In this document: piece by piece, positions 38,311-51,795 of the stretch
How positions within the stretch are numbered: the first letter of the stretch is position 1
How the letters are laid out: the number at the start of each line of letters is the position of its first letter
Assembly (NCBI GenBank): GCA_030141605.1
Contig: JAQGDQ010000102.1
Coordinates: 562,440 to 626,439, forward strand
Source: Tubiluchus corallicola
Lineage: Eukaryota; Animalia; Priapulida
Direction of reading: 5' to 3'
DNA length: 64,000 bases
Notes under the pieces: model-generated
Told to the model about the DNA's origin: nothing
The model's database searches: none
The model's input: only the letters and a program-made list of their open reading frames with translations
Position numbers and translations under genes: made by a program

Positions 38311-38833
38311 CCACTTCATGTTGAAGTATCTTTCGAAGTGAGAGATTTTCAACTGAGCTCTTTTTGTGTGAAATCCGTCCAAGTGAGAACTGAGCAATCT
38401 AACCTCCCCTCGACTTCTTTCATTGTTGAACTGATTCATGGACAGCTTTACTAACTGGACTGCTTACTTGTAATCTCAGTACATGACCCGCCCAGTTGTC
38501 TTCTGCGTTTTTCTTTCTCGTCCATGATTTTCTTCCATATTTTTCTTCCTAGACTTTTCCCTACAAATCTTTTGGCCATTTCATTTACAATGAAGATCTG
38601 TATAGACGTCGTTGAAAGGCACCAATGATTGTTTACTTTCAAGGTCCACAATTCCGATATTGTATAGAAAAATGGAAGATATGTGAATGTTGAAGATCTA
38701 ACGTTTACAGCCTATTGAAGATATTTTTATTTTTTGAGAAAGGAGGAGGTAGATTGTCCACATGGATGGATTTCACACAAAAAGACCTCAATGGAACATC
38801 TCTAATTTTGAAAGATACTTTATCATGGAGGTA
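38311..38833. mobile_element. Foldback/MITE-like element with ~75-bp imperfect inverted arms
   Basis: aagtatctttc…tctttttgtgtgaaatcc versus ggatttcacacaaaaaga…gaaagatactt. Confidence 0.65.
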
Positions 38834-39379
38834 GCAAGCAAAATAACGCATCGTTTGGCGACAGAAAGTGGTCGGTCTAACATCATTAGATATTTCACAC
38901 GCATAGCACCTGTATCTGTCTACGGTCTGTATTAGAATAATAAGTCTTGCTACACAATACTGAGGGTAAAATTATTATACTGGTTGACAAACTGTTGCTA
39001 AATGATCTATTCCTATACCTTCATTATTATTCTAAATGAAACACGAAAATATAATAATCATTTCTAGTTTATTAATCTGTTAGAAATGCTGGCGATACAG
39101 GTTTATTACATAAACCCTAAGCGAAAACAGGTCATCCGCTTTTCAAGTAGCAAATTTACTCATTTAAAGGTTGTAAACTCGATTGTCAAGGCAAAAATTT
39201 CAACCATTCGAGTTTTTTCATTGCACGGATACAAATGGGATTAATCGACTGCTACTAACATAATACAAGGTAATGTAATTGAGGACGTAATGTAATGGGA
39301 ATAAAACGTGAAATTACGTTTACATCACAGTAAAATTCAAAAACACGCAAAAAACAACAATGTTCCTAAATCAGCCCAT

Positions 39380-40200
39380 AGCAGTAATGTATCTGGCGGC
39401 GCAAAAAATGTGCCAAATTTTAGATCACGATATTATAAGAAGAAAGTAACAAAATCGCTTGAAAATTACTGCATTGATGTTACGGGCGTTTGTGCAAGAA
39501 CAAAAAAATTCAAGTCATTCTCTTATAGTTTTTCAAAGAAACGGAAGTTTTAAATAAACAAGCCAAAAAAATAATAAATGCCCGAAAAAACGTTGTGTCA
39601 CATTGTTAAAATTCACAATAAGTGCTCTATGTGTCCACCATTTTCACTGTATATGGACGATGGCATTTCTTCCGACAGTTGACACAGTTTTTCACTTCTT
39701 TAAGGGGTATTTGGTGCCAGAACTCAACAATTTTTACCACTAGTTCCACTGCATCAAATGGCTCTGTGCTATCATTGTACACATTTGCTTTTAAGGGGAA
39801 TTCCAGATACCTAATCCAAAGGATTAAGTCCCATTTTTTCTAGGCAATAAATATTTATCGGAGCTTTTTATTTTTTCTGGTGAAGACCATGATACACACT
39901 AGTTGATTCCTTCGTTATTTTGCTTCATGTATTAAGTGTTTTATACATCAATGTGGCTATTTTCCTGTTGATGATTAGCCGACAATGTCCTGGCATTTAA
40001 ATTTTTAACAAGTAAAAGCTTTTTACCCTTAATTTAAAAATACCAAAACCTCGAAGTTCTAGCGTTTACAGCCAAAGCTTAATATATTACAATATCTTGC
40101 TGTGAAATTTCAACTTTCTTCTAATATAATTGTAGTCCTAACTGTTGGCAAATTCTTTGAGCCACAAGATATGTACAGTGAGCATAATATATTAGAACCC
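39380..40200 (+). repeat. ~0.8-kb dispersed repeat; diverged second copy at ~43900-45230, interrupted by a LINE
   Basis: Colinear shared blocks: aatcgcttgaaaat, cgaaaaaa(a)cgttgtgtc, ggctctgtgc, tagttgatt, gatgattagc, acagccaaa. Confidence 0.8.
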
Positions 40201-42185
40201 TTTTAGCTGAACTTTTACACAAAGTAGTTCAAGTTACATACGTGTACAAAATTCATCATGCACGTGTTAACAGATGATCAATAATTCTACAATCCGATCA
40301 TTGCAAATCCACATGCAAACTTATTAGTTTTTATTTCGTGACCGATTAACATTGAATTTAAAGAAAAGTACTATCTAAATTTGTTAGAACATTTTCAAAA
40401 TAAAGTCTATTGAATTTAGTTTACCATTTGGCGAGCCAGTCTTTCCAGCAAAGGATGATAATAACAATCAGCTGCTATGTCATTCACTATGACTCAGCCT
40501 ATTATGTGCAACAAAACAGTAGCTCAATCAATCCATTCGCACAATACACATCCGCAGCTTTTGTCTAACACTTTCCTTACGAACTGACCAACAATACTGA
40601 CCACACTGACCACAGCTGTCCGTTCTCTTACTACGATATTCCTCCCAGTTGTTTATGCAACAAATTTAGAACGTGAAAGACGCGGCGAAAATTTGGGTCA
40701 TGCATATTTAGAGGCGCTGGGCGACAGAGCGCACGAGAGTCATATGGTCAGTAGTGACCAGCGCTGACCAACCCTTCCTCTTGGGGTGTTTATGCAAAGG
40801 GTTAAAAGCGGTAACTTGAGACTTGCGCTCCGCAGTTGGTTTTGCTCAAGGAGAGCTAAATAAGCAAACTATGCCGGCCAAAGAAAGAGCTAAGACTCGA
40901 GAAGGATGGAGATAAAAATAAATTCCTCCCATCCGGTGTTGATTAGTGTTGTAATTAGAAGAACTAATCAGTCATGCGTGTTGAGGTTCATTATGCATTT
41001 ATAGTACGACTTTGATCGCCTAATAAAAGTACCATACAAAAATCATTGTTGTATCGTGTTATAAGTCTAATACCAACGGTAAGAGCACCCTTATATACCT
41101 ATATATTAATTTCGATGGTATAGGGGGTTGTTGTGAAATTCGAGCCTACAGCTCCAATGACAGCACCGTCTTCGACTATCAGTCTATCAAACGAAAGGTC
41201 TCGATCCAGTGTCGTCTCATTAGTGGATTATTTTTCGAATCGTGGCCACCAGGAGGAATGGGGGAGGGGACGAAAATTTTATACCAGCACTAAATTTCGA
41301 AAAAGCTTATGATAATAGTAAAATTTTCTGTAGGCCTAATTTAACAAAAAACTTCGTCTAATCCACTTCTATAGTTCAGGCAAAATTTACAAATCCTGTA
41401 GCTTAAAACACCCAATAAAATGCAAATAAGAAAAGTTACAATTCAGCACTGCCTGTCGCCATCTTTGCTCTTCAAAATGGCGTCCAACCATTGTGTATGA
41501 TCTCAAAAGTTAGATTAAACCATTCTGGATTTCACTACTGTCAAAGTTAAAGCTGCGTAATTTATGCGTTGAATGTAATGACGTCATATATATGACACCA
41601 AGCACGACTAATAGTAAAAACAACATAATTTATGCGTGTAAGTTGATGACGTCACGGTTATACAAAAAGCCAGATAAGGTTACTAGATGTTTTAAAGTCG
41701 ATCCGACCAAAAACCAACTACAGAAGCATTCCCTAGTTCCTAGAAACGGTAAACTTGTGCAAGAAACGGAGAAGAAAAAGTTCGATGGTTGCAAAATGTT
41801 TCCAACTGTAAAAACTAAAACTTATTAAATTTTATTGCTGACGAAACTAAAACTCGAGATTTTTGTCACGTGACCAATCAATAATTTATGTGTCATAATA
41901 TCACAATTAATTTTTTTGTTATGTACACAGTAGCTTTTAGTAGACCATGCGCGCATTCGAAAACGCGCATAAAACGATCACGTGACAAAACTTTGCATTG
42001 TGATTTGTCAGGCTGTACACAGTCATAGGTAAAGTTATTATATTTTGACTACATGCATTATGCATTAAAATACGTCACAAGGAATCCAAACAATTTTAAC
42101 TAAGTACCCAGTTAAAATGAACAGATTATGTTCTCGACTTATTTAACTTTTTACCACCATAATTTTAATGGCTAAATTCACTTAC

Positions 42186-42345
42186 GTTGACGGACACACC
42201 TCAGTACAGCGCTAAAATGGAGTCTTTATTCCCTTCACTCTTATTACTACAACGCAGCACACGCGAAACGAGTTAGTCAGTTCTTCGGCCAATAACGTGA
42301 CCTCTGGCCCGAAAACAACACATGGCAAAACTGACCAGTAACTGA
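42186..42345 (-). promoter_or_regulatory. Candidate hb promoter and non-coding first exon
   Basis: CpG-richer unique block with two TCAGTT Inr-like motifs (42345-42340, 42334-42329) and a consensus donor AAC|gtaagt at 42185. Confidence 0.4.
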
Positions 42346-43290
42346 CCACGCACGGAAAATAACATTCGAGTATTTTTAGACGCCGTGATTTGAATCCGAG
42401 CATCTCGGAGCAGCTGTAAACGTCTCGTGAAAAGTTCCGGCAAAAATAAATTCACGTCAGCGCTGGGGGTCATGTTTTTGCTTACAAAACTAACTGTACA
42501 TTTTTTTACTGGCTTCAGCGTGGTCCAAGCCGCGGCTTTGCTGGATGAAGTTTTTTCTGGGAAAATCTGGGAGAATCGGAACGCTTGCCCAAATGGAGGT
42601 CAAACCAACGCGCACTGTAATTAGAAAATGAAGCCTGGCGCGTCAGTTATATAAAATTAACACAACTTTTTGTTCTAAATGAAAATTTTTATTAGAAGAT
42701 CACAAAAAGTTAACGTTAATTTTATAAAGAAAAACCGAAAAATCGTTTCTCAACTGGGACTCGAACTCACGCCTTGGGTTACAGCAAAAATGTCCATTAT
42801 TAACGCACAAAGAAACTTTAATTTTCACGCTTAAATGTTTGTTTATATGAGCTAGAAAGGTAGGTTTGATTCGACAAATTTTTTGAATTTTTTACCTGAC
42901 AGATTATTTCCTGCAGCATAAAAACCATAATCAGTTTATTATGCACGATAAACCATCAGTGAAAACTTTAATTGAATATCGTCGATTTTTCACCACCAAG
43001 GAGACTATTCGAACTATACGTTAACGACCCTATAACTGTAATTTTACAGAAAATTTACCTCTTTTGTCAATAGCCCTAAACTAAATCGATTCTACTAAAA
43101 TAGAAAAATCGAACGCAAAGGGAAACAGTTTATGAAACACATTACGTACAACTAGGAAATGCCTGTAATCAAGACAAGAATATATAGCTTAAAAATTCGT
43201 CTCGAAACTTTTGCATAACTTACATGCTGTCTTACTGCGTACAGAACTTGCGTTAGCAGTAACGTTGTATAAAACTTGAAAATTTAAATT

Positions 43291-43292
<2 letters not shown>

Positions 43293-43347
<55 letters not shown>

Positions 43348-43357
43348 AGAGAAAGAG

Positions 43358-43429
<72 letters not shown>

Positions 43430-43516
43430 AGAGAGAAAGAAAGAAAGAGAAAGAGACAGACGGAGAGAGGGGGAGAGAAAGAGACAGAAAGAGAGGAGAG
43501 AGAAAGGAAGAAAGAA

Positions 43517-43551
<35 letters not shown>

Positions 43552-43564
43552 AGAGGATGGAGAG

Positions 43565-43634
<70 letters not shown>
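43293..43634. repeat. Compound (AG)n/(AT)n microsatellite
   Basis: Directly visible. Confidence 0.97.
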
Positions 43635-43637
<3 letters not shown>

Positions 43638-44006
43638 ATAACCATTCAAGCGTCTCTAACCACATAATAACTACTATGGCTCGTATATTATCTTTCAAAT
43701 GACTGTCTGGGAAAAAGTGAATCAGTGGACGCACTCGTCCCATAATGGAGATGAATTACAACAATTTCAAGTACGCAGCTCAGCACTCTGACGTCAGCAA
43801 CAATTCAACAAGTCTTTTTATTGCTTGCCACTTTGCTATGCGTCATAGATATAGAGTTGCAGGACACTTTTCGTTTTATTATTTGCTACTTTGCCAGGCA
43901 TCATAGATATTAAAAATTGGCGCAAAAATGTGGCGAAGTTTTGATTACCATCTTATAGGAAGAAAATAACGGAATCGCTTGAAAATCACCACACTGGTTT
44001 TACATA

Positions 44007-44617
44007 AACCGAGATCCTATAAGCTTTTTAGAAAAGACTGTAACATTGAATTATATATATCAAGTATATTGCCCAAAAGCCACAGAAATGCATTAGCTAA
44101 ATTTAGATGTGGGGTTGCTCCCATTATGTTAGAAATTGGAGGATAAACTAATGTCCAAAAAGATCAAAGACTGCGTCATTTTTGTGATCAGTTAGCGGTC
44201 GAGTCTGAAAAGCATGTTTTACTGCATTGTCACCTTTATGATGATATTCGCATTTTGCTATTCCAGTGTCTACGCGCACAAATCAACAATTTTAATGTGT
44301 TCAACGATAATGATAAATTATGCCAGATACTGTCAGGTGATATTTGTTTAATAGAATGTGTCAAAACCTGCCACTTAGTGCTGGAAAGAAGAAAGTTTTT
44401 AACAAGTGTAATGATATGTTATAATGCTTGTTTAATGACTGTTTTAATTTATATGTAAAATGATTGTTTTTAATGATTTTTAAGGTGTCTCATAACTCTG
44501 TCGATAGAATGGCTTTATGTTACTGTAACTGAGCGTTATTTTGTGTTTTAAATTGTTGTAAAATGAAAGGTGACACTATAATAAACTAATTGTGCTACTA
44601 CTATACTACTATATATA
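44007..44617 (+). mobile_element. 5'-truncated degenerate LINE 3' end with (CTA)n tail
   Basis: Encodes HRNALAKFRCGVAPIMLEIGR…HFCDQLAVESEKHVLLHCHLYDDIR. AATAAA at 44580, tail ctactactatactact, flanked by tttacata on both sides. Confidence 0.8.
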
Positions 44618-45760
44618 CGTTTACATATAAACTTTAAAAATTTTATGTCATTCTCTCACACTTTTCCAAAGACAAAGAAGTCCTAAAACAACAAGTCAAA
44701 AATGCGAAAAAACGTTGTGTCTCTATTGTTAAAATTTACAACAAGTTCCCTACGTGTTCACCGTTTTAACTGCAAACTAGAAAAAGGTATTTCTTCCAAC
44801 GGCTGACTTTAAGGAGTATTTGGTCCCAGCACTTAACAGTTTTTGACCTTGGGTCGTCTACTTAAAAACGGCTCTGTGCGACCTTTGTACACATTTTCTT
44901 TTAAAGCAATTCCGAAAATTAACAACAAATCTTTATCAGTGCTTCATATTTTCTGTGATGAAGACAATGATACAAATTAGTTGATTTTTTATTCTTGTGT
45001 TTTATACGTCAAGACGGCTGTTTTTCAAATGATGATTAGCTGACATTATTCCGGGATTAAATTTTGTAATATACAAAATCTTTCCGGTCATAACTTAGGA
45101 GCATTATAAACTTGTAACTTTCACAGCCAAAATATGTTGTGAAAATTCAATTTCTAGATATTATTGCAGTCTAAACTGTGGCACATTTTTTCTGACCATC
45201 CTGATATATTTGCAGACAGTGAACGAAGCCAAATTTTCGTTTTACAATTTGCTGCTTTGACAATCGTCATAGATAATATTATGGACTTACACACCGGGAG
45301 ACACGGTGAATTTTCTCAGAAACATGTCCAAGTAATAAAGTTAAAACATGACTGCGCTCAGCCCGAGCAAATTAGGTTTGCCTTTGCAGCCCATAATTGC
45401 TGTTCGTCTCGCTTTGAAAGCCTTCCCTATTCCAGAAGGGAAGGCACAAATTGTGAAAAATCTAATGTGATTTTTCCTCGGCAAATCTCATCAACGTGCC
45501 ACTAATGCACTGACGTTTTACAATTAATTCGGGCTCCCCGGCGGTTTGACCAGTGGCTACTGGCTGGCTTGCCGTGTGCAGGCTGCATATGCCGAATGTA
45601 TTGACCCGCGGTCAGCTGCTGTGCTGCTGGGGAAACATGAAACCGTAAACATTCGCCTCTAAAAAGCGCTTTCTTTCGGCACCTAAAAACTGAAAGTTCG
45701 CTTTCCGATATTTCCGCCATTACAAACGCACAACAACATCCGATACTCTCTACTGGGTGA

Positions 45761-46198
45761 CCGGTAATAAAGTGGCAGGAAAAAAGTCACAATTTTGGCT
45801 AGGAAAAAAAGTCACTATTAATTCACGGAGGCCGAAAAAAGTCATAATCTTGACCAAGAAAAGGAATTTGTAATCAAGTGAAAATGTTCGAATCAGTCAC
45901 AATTTATTTACGTACCACAAACAATTAAGGTAATAAAACAGAAAATATTTTAAATCAATTATTAACTGACAATACATGACTTGTACATATTCACAAATAC
46001 TAATTATATATGATGACATTACATGTATGTGGAAAAAAATCACGTTTTGTTTGATATCTTAGGGTAGTGTTAGGGGTTACGGTTATGGTTAGGGATAGGT
46101 GTATAAGTTTAGGGGCTAGAGTTATCGCTTAGAGTTAAAGTTAATTTTTTCCTGTGACTTTTTATGCGGCTTTTTTACCTGTGACTTTATTACATGGA
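45761..46198. mobile_element. MITE with aaaaaagtcac subterminal repeats and a ttaggg-like internal tract
   Basis: Ends gtaataaagtggcaggaaaaaag / cttttttacctgtgactttattac are inverted complements with few mismatches. Confidence 0.7.
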
Positions 46199-46936
46199 TT
46201 CGTCCATTAAATTCTATTCACAATTAAGTTATTACGTTGAAAATAAAAAGCAAAACTCGCAACAATGAATGGACAATACGCTACAGCACTTCTTGTGTCT
46301 TTAATTAGCTCATTAATCATATTCGTTTTTCACTGACGTGTCTCGCGCACAAATTAGCAACATTTAGCAGGCAAATTAATGATACCAGATAATACATACA
46401 TTAGAAGCTCATATATATATATACAACGTGCCCAATCGACATAATCATAAATTTTACTGTTTGCTCAAATTTACTTGACAATTTAGACGACACATTGTAT
46501 AAACAATAAAAGCTTTTTATATTTGTGCTTTATTTTGCTTTTATATGCCTGCATTTTCCCGAAATAAAGAAGAATTGAATTGAAAATGCATAAATGAATG
46601 CCACACATAAATACTCAACAGCCCAGATTTCGATACCAATAAAAAAGTTGTCCTATGCATACTTTCATTTAGGCCTGTTCTGCATGAAATAGCCTATTTC
46701 ATCTTAGTTTATTTATTTAGAGTTTATTTCAATAGAATAAAGAGGCCATACAGATACTATAAACAACAGTGAAAGGCCTTAAACACATACAGCTATTGAA
46801 GGTAAAACAGATATAATAGAAAATATGCATACGTCACCTGTCACACTGTTTGCTCGCATATTTAGTTCATATATATAATAAAACTACAATCTAATCTAAG
46901 CTAATATTTTTTTGTGTTTGTATTGCATCATTTAAT

Positions 46937-47016
46937 CTCGAATACTACTACACAGTGCTAGTGAAATTTTGGTCCTAATATATATATTTCACTAGCACTG
47001 TGTAGTAGTATTCGAG
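46937..47016. repeat. Perfect 31-bp inverted repeat with an 18-nt loop, followed by (TA)n to ~47096
   Basis: ctcgaatactactacacagtgctagtgaaat (46937-46967) / atttcactagcactgtgtagtagtattcgag (46986-47016). Confidence 0.95.
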
Positions 47017-47026
47017 TTTAAATGTG

Positions 47027-47100
<74 letters not shown>

Positions 47101-47449
47101 ATAATATATAATGTCCTAATAATACAACAATAGTCTTATGGAAGCGCTTTAAAAATTCACGCTGAACCGTTTGGTTAAAAATGAAAAATATTCATCACAA
47201 AACTTCAGCATTCTGAATTCATCATATTGGTAAATTTTTTAATTTAAATTTAAAGCAGTAAATATCCATTGGTTTACTTGTAAAGGACACCTGGCTTGAT
47301 AAACCATGTAAGATGTAGAGTCTACATTGAATGTACGAAAACAGGCAATTTTTGCACAAAAAATCTGCTATTTACAATAACTTTACTCATGTCCTTCTCT
47401 TTTGAATACTTGCTGACTTTGTGCCTGTTTCACTTTTATGTAGTATTCT

Positions 47450-48060
47450 AAGTCCGTAAGTATCGTAAGTCCACAATATTGTAGTTCTACAGTATCACAA
47501 GTCTACAGTCTTGTGAGTCTACAGTATTGTGAGCTTTACAGTATTGTAAGTCCACAGCATTGTAAGTTTACAGCATTGTAAATCTACAGTACTATAAGAC
47601 TACAGTATTGTAAATCTACAGCATTGTAAATTTACAGTATTGTAAGTCTATAGCATTATAAGTCTACGGGACTGTGAGTCTACAGTATTGTAAGTCTACA
47701 GCATTGTAAATCGACAGTATTGTAAGTGCACAGTACTATAAGTCAACAGTATTGTAAGTCTACAACATTGTAAGGCTACAGCATTGTAAGTCTACAGCAT
47801 TGTAAATCTAGAGCATTGTAAATCAACAGCATTGTAAATCTACAGCATTGTAAATCGACAGTATTGTAAGTGCACAGTACTATACGTCAACAGTATTGTA
47901 AGTCTACAACATTGTAAGGCTACAGTATTGCAAGTCTATAGCATTGTAACTCTACAGCATTATAAGTCTACGGGATTGTGAGTCTACAATATTGTAAGTC
48001 TACAGTATTGTAAGTTTACAGAATTGTCACTGCAATATTGCAGTACTTCTACAATATTTC
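47450..48060. repeat. 16-bp minisatellite (consensus gtctacagyattgtaa), ~35-38 copies
   Basis: Directly visible periodicity. Confidence 0.95.
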
Positions 48061-48843
48061 CACAACGGTATACAGTATTTAAACACAAATGTTACTAAAA
48101 ATGCCACTCAATATCCATGCATCTCGCTGGCGATTTTTAAAACACGATCCAATTCTGTCCAAAAAAGTAACGAATCAAAATATTCTTATTTCCGGGTTGC
48201 AGAGGGCGCTAGCCATCCTTCACACGCCATATTGGACTTGGGCTATTCATAATAGGAGCTTCATAAAGAAAAATGACAATAAAATATCTAGACACTGAGA
48301 ATCATTAGTAACCAGGCAACGGTCTCTTTTCAAGGAAAGCTGCAGCCAGCTCTGTGGGTCAGTGAAGAATCGGTTCTCGCGGACAGACAAAAGCAAGTAA
48401 TGGGGGTCAGTTGAACGGGGCAAGCTGACCGGAAACACTATTAAAGAACAGAGAAACACGATAGATGGACATTACTTGCCTCAATGCAACAGGCCTGGCT
48501 AAGTCCAGGCGTCGGTTATTCTTATGACTGTTACTGATGTTACTGTAAGCCTTGAAGAAGCATAAATTATTGTCTATATAGATGACAGTGAGCTGCTACT
48601 ACTACTAATAATAATAATGGCGGGACAGAATATTATTCAAAGGAACGCATAATAGACCATGCTCGCTGCTCACTATCGTCGTAAGACTGTTTTAAAACAA
48701 CATTAATTTACATGCATGCGCAATGTATCTATGATTTGAACTAATTTATAGTGCTACATACCAAAGACGTTTAGAGATACAGTTCTGTTAGTTAAAAACT
48801 AATAAAATAGAGGGCAACACTAGGACTATAAACAGTCACTTAA

Positions 48844-48844
<1 letters not shown>

Positions 48845-48892
<48 letters not shown>

Positions 48893-48933
48893 CGTGTGTG
48901 TAACACGCTAGTAACAAGGACCACTTCAAACGA

Positions 48934-48968
<35 letters not shown>

Positions 48969-48990
48969 GGAGAGAGCGAAAGAGAGAGAA
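48845..48990. repeat. (GT)n and (AG)n microsatellites
   Basis: Directly visible. Confidence 0.95.
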
Positions 48991-49699
48991 TGGGTGAGAG
49001 AGGACAGGAAGGGAAGGAAGTATCGAAAAAAAGGACACTTCCATTTGAGAACAACCACTTACGTTGAAATATCAAATTTGGACCATTTCTTTTGTCAATT
49101 ACTGCAGAAAATGACACGCTTTATTACATTTCTGGCGAATTTTCAGCGAACGCCCACTGCAAATACTTCCCCACTCAAGATCATTCTCAAGATTGCACGT
49201 TTTGCAGCGAACGTTTTCAATATGAACCCATCAAAAGATAATAAAACGAAAAAGACGCAAAGAAGTTGATAAATATCTTCGAATAACCCGGATGTTTGTT
49301 TTAGACTGAAAAGAACTGCTTTTTTCCATATTTTTCTATTTCTACTTCTTAGTTGTAAGCTACTGGCTATAGAATTTTGCAGCATTGACTTAGCGGGTGA
49401 CAACAATAATTTAACCAATAAACTTATGTAATTAAAGGCATGGAAAACTGGCCCAAAGGTTAGTTAATTCTACATTTTTCTAATTAATTTTTACTTCAAG
49501 CGAAAATACTATTTTTTCATATTTTATTAATTCTTTTAGCTTTGCCACGAACTTAGCAAATTTATGCCCTGCGTGGTTTTTAATAGAATATATCTCTTTC
49601 TTAAAACCACACATTATTTTTAGTATGTCGCTGTACTTAATCACTATTCCATTTACGCTGGGGGGTAGCAGTGAACGAGGGAAGAGCTAGGTATTGAGA

Positions 49700-50200
49700 T
49701 TATAGACCGCAAACAGTTTAAAAGACAAAAAAACATTTCCATAAATAAAGCTTGAAATATCTTCGTCTTGAAATTTAATATCACTTACATGCTATCTTAT
49801 TGTATACAGAGCCTTTGTTGCCAGCAACGCTGTATGAAACTTTTAAATTTAAACTCCCGCAATGTCCGTTAGGCGCAACCATTTTGAAAGTAGGTCGTTT
49901 GAAAAAAGTTTAGATAACATTGCGGAAAATTTGAAAAATAATCGCAGCATTCGTAGTACACTCTTCACTAAGCAAAAGTATAAATTACTGTATCTTGTCA
50001 ATAATTCAAAAATCAGCGGTGCACACTGGGAAGGTGAGTCAGTGAAATTTCACCAGGTGGAGCAAACATTTTAAATTACTAAGAATTTTCTTTCCTATTC
50101 AAATAAATCTTTCAAGCAGGTAAACGTAACGCTAAGCAATATAACTTTGTTTGGAAAGTTTTTTTGGAATATATTTTAAAATTTCCCTTTCTTCTCCTTT
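49700..50200 (+). repeat. Dispersed repeat; copies at ~58990-59440 and, partially, ~43130-43290
   Basis: Shared aacgctgtat.aaac…aaatttaaactcc, taggcgcaa, aagtttagataacattgcg, aagcaaaagtataaattactg, ggtgcacactgggaag. Confidence 0.85.
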
Positions 50201-51487
50201 AACTTTCTCTACTAATTTCTCTACTTTCTTTAATTTTTCTTTCTTCTACTAATTTTTGTAAATCTGGGCCTATACTCTGATCTTGTGAACGAATCTGAAT
50301 TTAAAATAAATCTTTAACTCCAAAATAACGCAAAGACAACGATAATCCTTCAAAAATAATATTCAAAAGTGCGTTTTTATATAGCCTATACATGTATGTT
50401 TTTATAGCCTACACCACAAAATGTAAATCTTGTTCAATTACTTGCGTATGGGCGTTATGGAAATGGGTGTAACGCCGTGCACTTCTGCAAAATAAAAAAT
50501 ATATCCGGGTAAACAAATAGAGTTTAAATATTAAAAGTAAATAAACATTCCTAGGCTAGGTCTACATATAGACCTATGAAGATTTTATTTTTTTGTTTTC
50601 GGCAAATAAATCTATGGCGTTAACTTTCAACATCAATATTTTACACTGTTCATTAGCTTTCGAAATCGAATATTTAAGAAATAATAAAGTTTTTATTGTT
50701 TTAGTTGATTTTCTCCATCTAAAGGGGATATTTAGCCTAATTTTGAACTTTTCAGAATAATTTACAGTAGTATAACACCATCTAAAAATTAAAACAGTCG
50801 CTATTGCAAAAAACAAACTTTTATATAAAATTTCATATAGAATAAAAATGGTATAGATTTTGAATTAATAAGGGAAATCTTTGATAAGAACGTGAAACAA
50901 TTACACAGACTAAGTACAAAATCATAGCCGAAAACTTAAAAAAATAAGATAATAAAAAATTAGGTTAATACTTTTATATAATAATTAAACGTGCGATACT
51001 TCAATTATTAAAAAGTTACTTGTATAAGTATTTTTTTATTTCTTAACTATTACTTATTACAATTTTGATATAATCTCATAATCTTAAAAGTAGTATTGAA
51101 TCCTTATAGCTGGTTTTTCACAAGCGAAGGTTTATCAAAATACGAAATTTCTTTTCTAAAATTAATGCACAATAATTATAAAAAAATACAGGCTTTTTCA
51201 TAAAAAACATAAACATCGTATTGTGTATAGAAGATACACTGCAATAGAAACGTTGGTATGTTGAAATACGTTGAGCAAATTGCAAAGAATTGTTACAATA
51301 CATGGACTCCTGCTTTATGACGTCACAATGACGCAAAAATGCAAATACAGTCTAACAACTTCAACGTTTCTATTACGTAATTGATTTTCGTGAACTCCAT
51401 TATAAACATAATATTGCAGTATGTTTTTTCATGCTGTTTTTCTGAACACCCTGTACATATACGTCTTCGGGCGTTAACTGTAGTAGG

Positions 51488-51795
51488 CAGAGCAGGATTG
51501 TGACGTTTTGGGGCCTCCAGGCTAGTGAAATTAAGGGCGCCCCCTTCAAAACGGAACCACTTTCTAACTCATCCGAACAAGTTTTGAATATTTTCTACTC
51601 GCGATATATTTCAGCGACATTTACGCAGGTTGAAGTAAACGTATTGCAAATTATTTACTTTTGTTTGTCAACAAAAACGTTCTTTTTAGGAAATACCACT
51701 ATTTTATTATTCATTGCAAACCGAATTAGCACATATTTCAACACAACCGTTGTGAAAAAAAAGTTACCAAATGTTGCCAAAGCTTGAAGGCCTTT
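51488..51795 (+). mobile_element. GC-ended (hAT-like) non-autonomous repeat split by the adjacent LINE; related uninterrupted copy at ~60785-61110
   Basis: Shared tgaaatta..ggcgccccct, agcgacattt, attgcaaacc.aattagc, aaatgtt.ccaaagcttga. Similarity resumes at ggctgcag (~52452). Confidence 0.7.

Noticed and set aside
42750-42790. tRNA gene (B-box-like gagttcgagtccc on minus; similar motifs near 18763 and 9385)
   Set aside because: No A-box or cloverleaf could be built; probably SINE remnants.
47450-48060. CRISPR-like array
   Set aside because: Head-to-tail units without unique spacers in a eukaryotic context; it is a minisatellite.
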